This document shows, piece by piece, positions 1 through 7,645 of a stretch of DNA of 11,624 nucleotides. How positions within the stretch are numbered: the stretch's first letter is position 1; the number at the start of each line of letters is the position of its first letter. Under the pieces are notes generated by a model, which was given only the letters and a program-made list of their open reading frames with translations, was not told where the DNA came from and made no database searches. This DNA comes from Chlamydiota bacterium (GTDB taxonomy: Bacteria > Chlamydiota > Chlamydiia > Chlamydiales > SM23-39): positions 1 through 11,624 of the forward strand of contig JBCAXK010000046.1 in NCBI GenBank assembly GCA_038534095.1, written 5' to 3'. The translations under genes were made by a program, and so were the position numbers.

Positions 1-79
1 GAGCGGTATATTTGACGGAATTTTTGCATATTGGCAAGCTGTATGGCTCGTACAACGTGGCTTGTAAAGGTTTCTGCAG
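1..79 (-). other. Inverted fragment of the dnaA AAA+ domain (fold-back chimeric tip)
   Basis: The minus strand from 77 to 3 reads AETFTSHVVRAIQLANMQKFRQIYR. This matches the DnaA domain III segment just before Walker B (consensus like 'sE.Ft..vv.Air...m..Fr..YR'). It is opposite in orientation to the dnaA frame on +, which is interrupted by TAA at 65-67. Confidence 0.8.
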
Positions 80-463
80 TCTTTTCACTCACTCACCTCT
101 CTCCATACTGCGCTCGACGCTCTTGCTTTACGAAATCCTTCCAAGGATACTCCTTTGGAAAAAGTGCTTTCAGACTTGTTAGAGAGAGAAAAAGATCATC
201 GAGTAACCCCAGAAATGATCTTAGCAAAAACGGCAAAAGAACTGGAGATATCCCAAGAAGAGATCGTAGGAAAATCGCAACAAACAAAAGCCTGTTTAGC
301 GCGTAAAATTGCGATTTATTTACTTAGACACGAGCTAAAACTCCCCTTCATGCATATTGCGAAAATCTTCCATCGGGATCATTCCACAATCATGAGCGCC
401 TTAAAAACCGTAGAAAAGAAGCTGCCAGAAGCGCTGATTCGCGTGCAAAAAGCTCTTGAGTAA
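71..463 (+). CDS. dnaA: Chromosomal replication initiator DnaA, 3' part only (end of domain III plus DNA-binding domain IV); 5'-truncated
   Basis: The open frame extends upstream of the ORF-track TTG (155) to ~71 and reads FLQSFHSLTSLHTALDALALR.... Domain IV motifs are present: 'ARKIAIYLLR..L.LPF..IAKIFHRDHSTIMSA'. The F-x-RDHST spacing (no GG) resembles the chlamydial CT250-type paralog as I recall it. Confidence 0.9.
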   Translation, partial: FLQSFHSLTSLHTALDALALRNPSKDTPLEKVLSDLLEREKDHRVTPEMILAKTAKELEISQEEIVGKSQQTKACLARKIAIYLLRHELKLPFMHIAKIFHRDHSTIMSALKTVEKKLPEALIRVQKALE

Positions 464-735
464 ATAGAGATAAAAAAACTCTAAGGATAGGTAACCCTTT
501 GTCTATATGGCCGGTTGTTTCGCCTGTAAAAACCGTAGAAACATACCTTCAGGAAGACGAAGGTTTTTGATTTTCTAAGCAGTAAGAGAGTCTCGGCGAA
601 ACTACTTTCCCTCTATTGATTCTGAAAAATCTTCTAAAGAAGCGGGTAGCAATTGGGATCACCCACTTTCTAAAAAAATGAAAAAGACTTTTTACCTAGG
701 GAACAATGTTCGTTTGATGAGAGTTTTTTTAAGAC

Positions 736-783
736 AGCGGATCTTAGATCCAAAACCGAAGAATGGAATCCTGCAGATCCGCT
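736..783. terminator. Hairpin between the convergent dnaA and slc1 genes; possible terminator or 3' stability element
   Basis: Perfect 9-bp inverted repeat AGCGGATCT (736-744) / AGATCCGCT (775-783), with extra inner pairing, 15 nt past the slc1 stop. No canonical U-tract follows on either strand. Confidence 0.35.
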
Positions 784-798
784 ATAGATGAATGTTGC

Positions 799-1323
799 TT
801 AAATCTTGATGTATTTTTCATCACCAGGTTTGCTTCCTGGTTTGTTGTTCATCTGTTCTTTCATTTGTGGGGGAAGAGGTAGCTCAAATGGCTCAGGCTC
901 TTGACCATCACAAATCTTTTTGACAATTTCACGCCATTTTTCTACGGTTTCTACAAAAAGAGGAGCAAATCTTCGGAGGGCATTTTCATCAACACCTAGT
1001 CCCATTTCAATAAAGCAGTGCATCAAAATCAGCTCTTCTTTAACGGCAACGCCTACGCCGCCTCCTGCCATTTGGCCGCCAAGCATAGATCCTTCGAGAA
1101 GTTTTTCGTAAAGGGAAAGACGAATTTTATCATCCTTTGGAAGACCATCAATAATCGGTGAGTAAAGATACAGTCGATCTGAATTCGGCTCGTAAGTAAT
1201 GTGTAGCGAAAAGACATTATCAATGCCCAAAATACAGGTGTTGTTCTCATCAAAATCTAAGCCCTCGAGATTCAGTTCCTTGCCAAAAGCGATTAAATTC
1301 GCTTTTGCGTTTTCGTAAGACAT
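799..1323 (-). CDS. slc1: CesT/class I type III secretion chaperone, Slc1 (CT043)-like
   Basis: 174-aa acidic protein. The segments 'FDENNTCIL', 'FSLHITYE..SDRLYLYSP', 'LYEKLLEGSMLGGQMAGGGVGVA.KE.LILMHC' and 'LFVETVEKWR' closely match chlamydial CT043/Slc1 as I recall it. Strong SD upstream. Confidence 0.9.
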   Translation of the reverse strand: MSYENAKANLIAFGKELNLEGLDFDENNTCILGIDNVFSLHITYEPNSDRLYLYSPIIDGLPKDDKIRLSLYEKLLEGSMLGGQMAGGGVGVAVKEELILMHCFIEMGLGVDENALRRFAPLFVETVEKWREIVKKICDGQEPEPFELPLPPQMKEQMNNKPGSKPGDEKYIKI

Positions 1324-1327
1324 GCAG

Positions 1328-1335
1328 CCTCCTTA
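1328..1335 (-). promoter_or_regulatory. Shine-Dalgarno sequence of slc1
   Basis: TAAGGAGG on the minus strand, 4 nt upstream of the ATG at 1323. Confidence 0.85.
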
Positions 1336-1463
1336 TCGATTTATCGTTAGTTTACATTGCAGGATAATTCATACAGGTCTAAGAGGTTAGCATAAAAACA
1401 ATTTTAAGAAAGATTTTTTTGAAACTCTTTTACCCTAAACCAATTAAGCCTTCGCTAATAAGT

Positions 1464-1492
1464 ATTTTAGCAAAAATTGTTGTTTTCTTCAA
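1464..1492 (-). promoter_or_regulatory. Sigma66/sigma70-type promoter for slc1
   Basis: Minus strand: TTGAAG (1492-1487), 17-nt spacer, TAAAAT (1469-1464), with an extended -10 TGn. Predicts a TSS near 1457 and a ~135-nt 5' UTR. Confidence 0.65.
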
Positions 1493-1834
1493 TACTGCTG
1501 ATTCTCCTTTAGCAATAAAGCCTTAGCGATCTTTTCTACTTGTTAGAATACGGCGCATCCACTTGCGTATTTCAGGGCCTGAAAGAGCGTTTACCGAAGA
1601 AAACTCCCCAAATGAGAAGACAGAGCCTTTTACTAAGTAGCTGCGCAAGTAGCTCGCGGGTTTGATTAAATCACTTAGCGCAAAGCTCTACCGAAAAAGA
1701 ATTCCTACCTTTTTTATAGACAAGTTCAATGCAACATTTTTATGGACGGTTCCCATTTTACTACGTGTCAAAAAAAAAAGATTTTCGTTAAACTCAAGAT
1801 TTACTACAGTGACAGGAGCGTCGGAGGCATGAAA

Positions 1835-2482
1835 GTGAAACGTATCTTTTCTTTGATTGGTTTATTATGTACGCTCGCTTCCTGCGCGCACGAATATTCA
1901 GAAGAGTTTACCCGTTATTATGAAGATGGTAGAGCCAAACCGAATGTTGTGATCGCTCCTATCATCGACACCTCTTCTATCACCGATTTATCCTGGAGCC
2001 TTCCTGAAGAGTTGCTTGAGAAGATTTTGGCAAAGGTTGCGTTGAAGTCGACTCTTTATGTGAACAAAGAAGAGGGAATCAATCAGATTCCTTACGCAGA
2101 AAATCCTTTTGGCCAAGATCTTTCGTGGATAAGACAAGAATACGCTCCGCATGAATTTGTCGTGTTTTTGGAAATCGCTCAACATGAAATTGTCAAACAA
2201 AAGCCGGGAAGAATCAGCAGCCCTTCAAACCTCAATATGGCTGTGCGTTTGCGCATCGTCGATATCAGAGGCCCTAAACCGACGATTGTCTTACAAGAAC
2301 TCATCAAAGATTCTTTTTACATCAATAAAAATGTTCTAGATATCGATTACGCAGAAGTTGTTTGGGGATCTGATCGTTATAGAAGAACTCCTATGCATAC
2401 AGCTCACGAAAGAATCTGTAAAGAAATCACCACAAGATTGAATGATTACATTCTTCTTGCAAAGAGTCGGTTTCATGGGTGA
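1835..2482 (+). CDS. Chlamydial lipoprotein, CT253-family-like
   Basis: GGAGG at 1823-1827 is 7 nt before GTG 1835 (ATG 1829 is an alternative start; the ORF-track start at 1742 is unlikely). Basic N-terminus, hydrophobic stretch and lipobox LASC. It lies directly upstream of the CPBP gene, as CT253-CT254 do in Chlamydia. Confidence 0.75.
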   Translation: MKRIFSLIGLLCTLASCAHEYSEEFTRYYEDGRAKPNVVIAPIIDTSSITDLSWSLPEELLEKILAKVALKSTLYVNKEEGINQIPYAENPFGQDLSWIRQEYAPHEFVVFLEIAQHEIVKQKPGRISSPSNLNMAVRLRIVDIRGPKPTIVLQELIKDSFYINKNVLDIDYAEVVWGSDRYRRTPMHTAHERICKEITTRLNDYILLAKSRFHG

Positions 2483-3344
2483 GGCTTTGCTGCTTTCTAC
2501 AGCAAGCGCGCTGCCTATCATCACCACCCTTTTCTTTCTTTTGCTCCTCGTTGCTTCTTACTACCTTTACGCAGCTCCTACAGGAAAAAAGATCTATGTG
2601 GTGCCTGTCTCTTTTCAGGATGTTGTTTGGTGTTTCTTGGTCTATTTCTTTTTACCTTGGCTCCTCATCCCTCTACTACAAGCCTATGCGCAATCGGTGC
2701 AAAGCGGCCCAGCAACAACAAACGACCTTCTTCTTCTTGCCTCTTTGATCAATATGGCGCACCTCATTGTGACGCTGCTTTTTTTTGTCGTCTTCTTTTA
2801 CTTATGGAGAAAACCGCTAGGTAAGCTGATCTGGAAGAGAAGCAAAAACTCCTACATAAGGGACATCGCTAAAGGGGTAGTGACTTGGCCGATCGCCTTT
2901 TTTACCATGACTCTTTGGAGTCAGCTGATCGAATGGTCGATTCTCTATTTTTCTCCGAATTACCCTTTTCAAGATCAGGCTCCTGTCCTATATTTAAAAC
3001 GTTCTCAAGAAAGCCCCTTGCTATTTCTGTCTGCCTGTTTTCTCATCATTGTTTTAGCTCCGATGGTTGAAGAGTCGCTCTTTCGCGGTGTGGTGCAAAA
3101 CTTTTTCAAGAAGTACTTCTCTACCTATTTTTCTGTATTTTTGAGCTCGCTCATTTTTGCTTTTTTTCATTATTCTTCCGATCAAGGTCTGTCGAATCTC
3201 TCGATCATTAGTTCTCTATTTGTATTTGCTCTTTTCCTAGGGTTTCTTTACGAAAAGGAACGTTCTTTGCTGGCTCCAATGGTCCTGCACGCCCTTTTTA
3301 ACGCGATTAGCGTGTTTTATCTCATATTTTTTGGGGAAGGGTAG
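2475..3344 (+). CDS. CPBP/Abi (CAAX type II) family intramembrane glutamic endopeptidase, CT254-like
   Basis: Multiple TM segments. Motifs EESLFRG (EExxxR), FAFFH (FxxxH) and HALFN (HxxxN). The likely start is ATG 2475, overlapping the upstream stop (ATGGGTGA). Confidence 0.9.
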   Translation: MGEALLLSTASALPIITTLFFLLLLVASYYLYAAPTGKKIYVVPVSFQDVVWCFLVYFFLPWLLIPLLQAYAQSVQSGPATTNDLLLLASLINMAHLIVTLLFFVVFFYLWRKPLGKLIWKRSKNSYIRDIAKGVVTWPIAFFTMTLWSQLIEWSILYFSPNYPFQDQAPVLYLKRSQESPLLFLSACFLIIVLAPMVEESLFRGVVQNFFKKYFSTYFSVFLSSLIFAFFHYSSDQGLSNLSIISSLFVFALFLGFLYEKERSLLAPMVLHALFNAISVFYLIFFGEG

Positions 3345-4070
3345 ATGAGAAAAAGAACAGCAATACGATTAGAAAGCTACGGGATTTCAGACATTGGCCT
3401 TGTTCGGCCAAACAATGAGGATGTGCTTCTATCGATGCCTCGCTACAGGTTTTTTGCTCTTGCCGACGGAATGGGAGGGCATAACGCAGGAGAGGTTGCG
3501 GCAAAAGAAACCATCAACCACCTAGGCATTTCCATCAAAAATCTCATCCACCCTCAAAAAAAAGCAAAAATTCCTACAAAAGAATTGATCTATCATTTGC
3601 GCTCAGCCATCGATCAAGTCAATGCGAAAATTTTTTCCTTAGGAAGTCAGAAACATACCTTAAAAGGGATGGGAACAACTCTCTGCTGTTTGTATCTCTA
3701 CGAAGACTCTGTTATTTACGCTCATGTTGGCGATAGTAGGATTTACCGGTATCGAAACCGAGAGCTCAAACAACTCACCCAAGACCACTCCCTCAAACAT
3801 TCGGTAAGCCGAGTCAACAAACATGTCATTACAAGAGCGATTGGCACGTGCACAAAAGTAGAACCCGAAATTGCGTGCGTGACTCTGCAGTCGGGGGACG
3901 TGTTTTTTCTTTGCACCGATGGGCTAAGCGATTTTGTGCCCCTTCCCGAAATTGAATATCTTCTCCAGCAAAAAAGCTCTTTAAAGAAAAAAGCGAGAGA
4001 TATGATCAATAAAGCAAAAGAAAAAGGGAGTTCTGATAATATTACTACCCTATTCGTAAAAATTAAGTAA
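3345..4070 (+). CDS. PP2C/PPM-family Ser/Thr protein phosphatase (PrpC/Stp1-like; probable ortholog of chlamydial CppA/CT259)
   Basis: Motifs SDIGLVRPNNED, ADGMGGH, GMGTT, HVGDSRIY, TQDHS, ITRAIG, CTDGL and DNIT. The ATG directly follows the upstream TAG. Confidence 0.95.
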   Translation: MRKRTAIRLESYGISDIGLVRPNNEDVLLSMPRYRFFALADGMGGHNAGEVAAKETINHLGISIKNLIHPQKKAKIPTKELIYHLRSAIDQVNAKIFSLGSQKHTLKGMGTTLCCLYLYEDSVIYAHVGDSRIYRYRNRELKQLTQDHSLKHSVSRVNKHVITRAIGTCTKVEPEIACVTLQSGDVFFLCTDGLSDFVPLPEIEYLLQQKSSLKKKARDMINKAKEKGSSDNITTLFVKIK

Positions 4071-4071
4071 T

Positions 4072-5193
4072 ATGAAAGTCTATCTCGATAATAATGCTAC
4101 AACGGTGATGATTCCAGAGGTATGGGACGCTATGCGCTCTATGGAAGGCATCCCTCTCAATCCCTCTTCTACCTTCCATCAATATGGGCAAAAAGCGCGC
4201 TCTTTGTTAGAAGCTTCTAGAAAGAATATCTCTGATCTTCTAGGCGCATCACCAAGAGATCTGTTTTTTACTTCATCAGCCACCGAAGCGGCAGCGACCC
4301 TCATCGGAGGCATTCCACAAGATATGCGGATCATAACCACAAAAATCGAGCACTCATGCGTCCATGAAAACGTGCTGCGTAGAAAAACTAGGGGAAACCC
4401 CGTTATCTATTTACCTGTTGAGCTCTCGGGACATGTGTCTTTGCAGGCGCTCAAAGCCGCCTTAGAAGAGCCCTATCCCCGAGACACTCTCTTGATTTTG
4501 AGTAGCGTGAACTCAGAAGTGGGCGCCCTACTTCCTTTAGAAGAAATTGCAGAAATGGCACATGCAAAGAACGCGTACCTCTTGATTGACGCCGTTGCCC
4601 AAGTGGGCAAAGAGCCTCTCAAACTCTTACCAGGGATCTCCGCTCTTTTTCTAAGCGCGCATAAATTTCATGGGCCAAAAGGGGTTGGCTTCTTCTACGC
4701 AGACCCCCTCTTCCCTTTTAAGTCTCTTCTACTAGGAGGCCCCCAAGAACACCAAAAAAGGGCGGGAACAGAAAATGTAGAAGGAATTTTAGGTCTAAAC
4801 GCCGCTTTCTCTTTAGCGCAATCAGGGGTAAAGGGGTACAAAGATCATATGGAGACGCTACGGGATGCCTTTGAGCGGCGCCTTTTCGATCTAGGAATCA
4901 CCTTTGAAATCAATGGACAAGGCAGACGCATTTGCAACGTAAGCAATCTCCACTTTCCGGGGATCGATGCGGAAGCTTTACTCATCGCCCTTGATCAAAG
5001 AGGAGTTTGCGCTTCTAGCGGCTCTGCTTGTGGCTCAGGTCAACGTGATTCTAGAGTGTTGACAGAAATCGGCTTTTCTCGAGAAAAGGCGAGCTGTTCT
5101 GTCCGCTTTAGCTTAAGTAGGCAGACAACGGAAGAAGAAATTTCGTACGCAGCGGATTGCATTGCCAGAATTTGCCAAAATCTCAGACGTTGA
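4072..5193 (+). CDS. iscS: Cysteine desulfurase, group I (IscS/NifS type)
   Basis: YLDNNATT, NPSS, FTSSATEA, EH, PLP-lysine motif SAHKFHGPKGVG, RAGTEN, catalytic loop SSGSAC, and VRFSL. Confidence 0.93.
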   Translation: MKVYLDNNATTVMIPEVWDAMRSMEGIPLNPSSTFHQYGQKARSLLEASRKNISDLLGASPRDLFFTSSATEAAATLIGGIPQDMRIITTKIEHSCVHENVLRRKTRGNPVIYLPVELSGHVSLQALKAALEEPYPRDTLLILSSVNSEVGALLPLEEIAEMAHAKNAYLLIDAVAQVGKEPLKLLPGISALFLSAHKFHGPKGVGFFYADPLFPFKSLLLGGPQEHQKRAGTENVEGILGLNAAFSLAQSGVKGYKDHMETLRDAFERRLFDLGITFEINGQGRRICNVSNLHFPGIDAEALLIALDQRGVCASSGSACGSGQRDSRVLTEIGFSREKASCSVRFSLSRQTTEEEISYAADCIARICQNLRR

Positions 5194-6391
5194 GCGTTTT
5201 CACCAAAAGTTTTTTTACGGAAAAAAGGCTCGTTTCTAACACCTCTAATTCTAGAGACTCAATCCGCAACGTCTCTCCTTGCTCGGGATGGTGACCCAAT
5301 ACTTCAATGACATAATCACTTAGCGACTCAGAACTCGATCTAGGCACCTTAACATGAAACAAGCGATGAAACTCGGCTAAAGACATCTCTCCTGAAACCG
5401 TTTTGTCAAAATGGATGTGGCGTGTCTTCATCTGTTCTTGCAAGGCAGGCTCGGCCTTCCCAAAGATTTCATCGATCAACATATCCAAAGTGACTAGACC
5501 TGCAGGCTTGGCAGATTCTCCAAGGACAATAGCAACGCTTTGATTATTTCTACGAAATTGCGCAAGGATTTCAAGGATAAAATCACTCTCGATGATGAAC
5601 CAAGAAGACTTGGCATAATTGACCACTTTTTCCCGATCATTCAAAGCAAGGAGATCACGAACGTAGGCGATCCCCACAATATTCAAAACATCTTGATGGT
5701 AGATGAGAAGAAAAGGAACGTAGTGGTGTTGCAAAAGAGTGCGCACTTCACCAACAGTTTTTTGGGAAGAAACATGTGGAAAAGAGGTTAAAGGAGCCAT
5801 CACCTTTTGCGCGCGCAAATACTTAATCGTAAAAAATCGCTCAATGATCTCGTCAAACACGCTTTCGTGGTTTTCTTCGAAGGCTTTTTGCAACTCTTCT
5901 CGAGATAAAAAAAGCGAACTCTCTTCTTGCTTCCCAAAGGCTCTATGTAGCACGTCATTCAACCTATTGATGATCCAAATGATGGGCGTCAGTACTTTTG
6001 AGAAAAAAATCACAATGGGAATGTGCAAAAAAGCGACATGTTCAGGATGCCTTCTCGCGGCAAACATGGGAGCCAGTTCTCCAAAAATCAGTACAATGAA
6101 AATTTGCGTTAAAGGGGCAAAATCGGGACTCATCCCTATAGATTTATAAAAAAGACGAGAAATTTCTGAACCGCACTGTAAGAGAGTATTGACCAAAATC
6201 AAGGTCGTCCCAAAGAGCCTTGAAGGATTTTTGAGTAGAGAACTGAGCCACAAAGCGCGCCGTTTTTTTTGCACGACATAATATTCCAAGCGCACTTTAT
6301 TGAATGAAACGGCCGCCATTTCAAACATAGAAAAAAAGCCTTGCATGAAAACGCAGAGGAAAAGAAGGATGAGCAGGGAAAATGTTGTCAT
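5183..6391 (-). CDS. CNNM/DUF21 plus CBS-pair plus CorC_HlyC domain membrane protein (hemolysin/TlyC family), CT257-like
   Basis: N-terminal TM with 'GFFSMFEMAAVS', 'LIFGELAP', a CBS pair ('IVGIAYVRDLL', 'GLVTLDMLIDEIFG') and a C-terminal CorC-like domain. Its 3' end overlaps iscS convergently by 11 bp. Confidence 0.88.
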   Translation of the reverse strand: MTTFSLLILLFLCVFMQGFFSMFEMAAVSFNKVRLEYYVVQKKRRALWLSSLLKNPSRLFGTTLILVNTLLQCGSEISRLFYKSIGMSPDFAPLTQIFIVLIFGELAPMFAARRHPEHVAFLHIPIVIFFSKVLTPIIWIINRLNDVLHRAFGKQEESSLFLSREELQKAFEENHESVFDEIIERFFTIKYLRAQKVMAPLTSFPHVSSQKTVGEVRTLLQHHYVPFLLIYHQDVLNIVGIAYVRDLLALNDREKVVNYAKSSWFIIESDFILEILAQFRRNNQSVAIVLGESAKPAGLVTLDMLIDEIFGKAEPALQEQMKTRHIHFDKTVSGEMSLAEFHRLFHVKVPRSSSESLSDYVIEVLGHHPEQGETLRIESLELEVLETSLFSVKKLLVKTLNV

Positions 6392-7644
6392 GAAAATCGG
6401 GAGGGTTTTTTGGCGCGCCTACGTACGTATACACGCTGAATTCTATTGGGAGCGGCTAATAAAATAGAAAAAAGAAATTGATCATTCACATATTTATCCC
6501 CCGTTTTTGGAATGTCGCCCATTTGCTCGATCAACCATCCCCCTAAAGTCACTGCGCCAGAGCGTGAAACGAGCCTTTCTTCAAAAACATCTTCAAAATC
6601 AAGAAGAGGCAATTTTCCGCTAGCGATGATCACATCTTTACCAGAGCGGGTATATTTTTTCTCTTTATGATCCCGCCGATCAGCAATTTCTCCAATAACC
6701 CCTTCGATCAAATCTTCTTGCGTAACTAGGCCGCTAACAAATCCGTATTCATCAACAGCTAAGGCGAAATTCTCCTGTTTTTCTCGCATCTGCTCAAGCA
6801 AGCTTGAGGCAGAGCTCGACTCAGGAATGAAAAAGGGTTTTTTGAGGATTTTTCGCAAATCGCTTACTCCGCTAATTTGATGGGCGTAAAAAAAGTAGCG
6901 ACGTACAGAAATGATCCCAATAACATGATCAATATCCCCATCACAAACGGGCAATCTAGAACACTCTTCTTTCTTCATCAATTGCAAAAGTTCTGCAATG
7001 GGTTTTTGTATGTCATAAAACAGGATCTCTTCTCTAGGGCGAACGTGTTCTTTCACAAGAGAGTTTTGAAGCTCTAAAAATCCCTTGATGAGATCCACCT
7101 CTTTTTCTTGCATAACCCCTTTTTTTTCTGAGTGATGCAAAATGTGCTCCAGCTCCTCTGAAGAAATGGCTTTTTCACTCTTCAAAAAGAAAAAAAGAAA
7201 GCGGGATAACAAGCTTGTTGTATTGGTCAGGACTTTGCGGATAGGTGAGAGGATCGTTCTTGCGAGCGCAATGTACGTGCTGACTAAGGTAGCTAGCCGT
7301 TCATTTTGCGCAATGGCTAACGATTTCGGTAAAATCTCTCCCAAAAACAGCGTCAGCAAAAGAGGCACTCCCACTTTCAAATAGAGACTAGAAATCGTTC
7401 CAAAGAGGCTAGAAATGACGTTTTGAATCAAAATATTGGCAAAGACATTGAGCATCATAATCGTCACGAGTAGATCTTTTGGATTGTGCAGCAGCTTAGC
7501 CACCAGTCGTTTCTTGGGCGATTTACTCGTTTTGTACTTCTTTACCGTGAATGAAGGGAGGGAGAAGAGGGCAGTTTCTGAGCAGGATAAATAGGCAGAA
7601 AAAAAGAGGAGAAGACAAAGGAGCAGGGCGGAAAAAATGAGCAA
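6388..7644 (-). CDS. CNNM/DUF21 plus CBS-pair plus CorC_HlyC domain membrane protein (hemolysin/TlyC family), CT256-like
   Basis: 'SAYLSCSETALFSL', 'FLGEILPKSLA', 'SRLPV', 'VDEYGFVSGLVTQEDLIEGVIGEI.D' and 'TLGGWL...GDIP..GD'. TTG start. ATGA overlap with the downstream paralog. Confidence 0.92.
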   Translation of the reverse strand: MLIFSALLLCLLLFFSAYLSCSETALFSLPSFTVKKYKTSKSPKKRLVAKLLHNPKDLLVTIMMLNVFANILIQNVISSLFGTISSLYLKVGVPLLLTLFLGEILPKSLAIAQNERLATLVSTYIALARTILSPIRKVLTNTTSLLSRFLFFFLKSEKAISSEELEHILHHSEKKGVMQEKEVDLIKGFLELQNSLVKEHVRPREEILFYDIQKPIAELLQLMKKEECSRLPVCDGDIDHVIGIISVRRYFFYAHQISGVSDLRKILKKPFFIPESSSASSLLEQMREKQENFALAVDEYGFVSGLVTQEDLIEGVIGEIADRRDHKEKKYTRSGKDVIIASGKLPLLDFEDVFEERLVSRSGAVTLGGWLIEQMGDIPKTGDKYVNDQFLFSILLAAPNRIQRVYVRRRAKKPSRFS

Positions 7645-7645
7645 G

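Noticed and set aside
463..698. 6S RNA or hammerhead ribozyme in the dnaA-slc1 spacer
   Set aside because: The fold is multibranched rather than a single rod with a central bubble. There is no CUGANGA core correctly placed relative to GAAA. Kept only as an unassigned structured candidate.
464..798. oriC downstream of dnaA
   Set aside because: I saw no cluster of TTATCCACA-like boxes and no dnaN. Chlamydial origins are generally not adjacent to dnaA.
1742..1828. ORF-track N-terminal extension of the lipoprotein
   Set aside because: No RBS, runs through an A-tract, and would displace the signal peptide. The SD points to 1835 or 1829.
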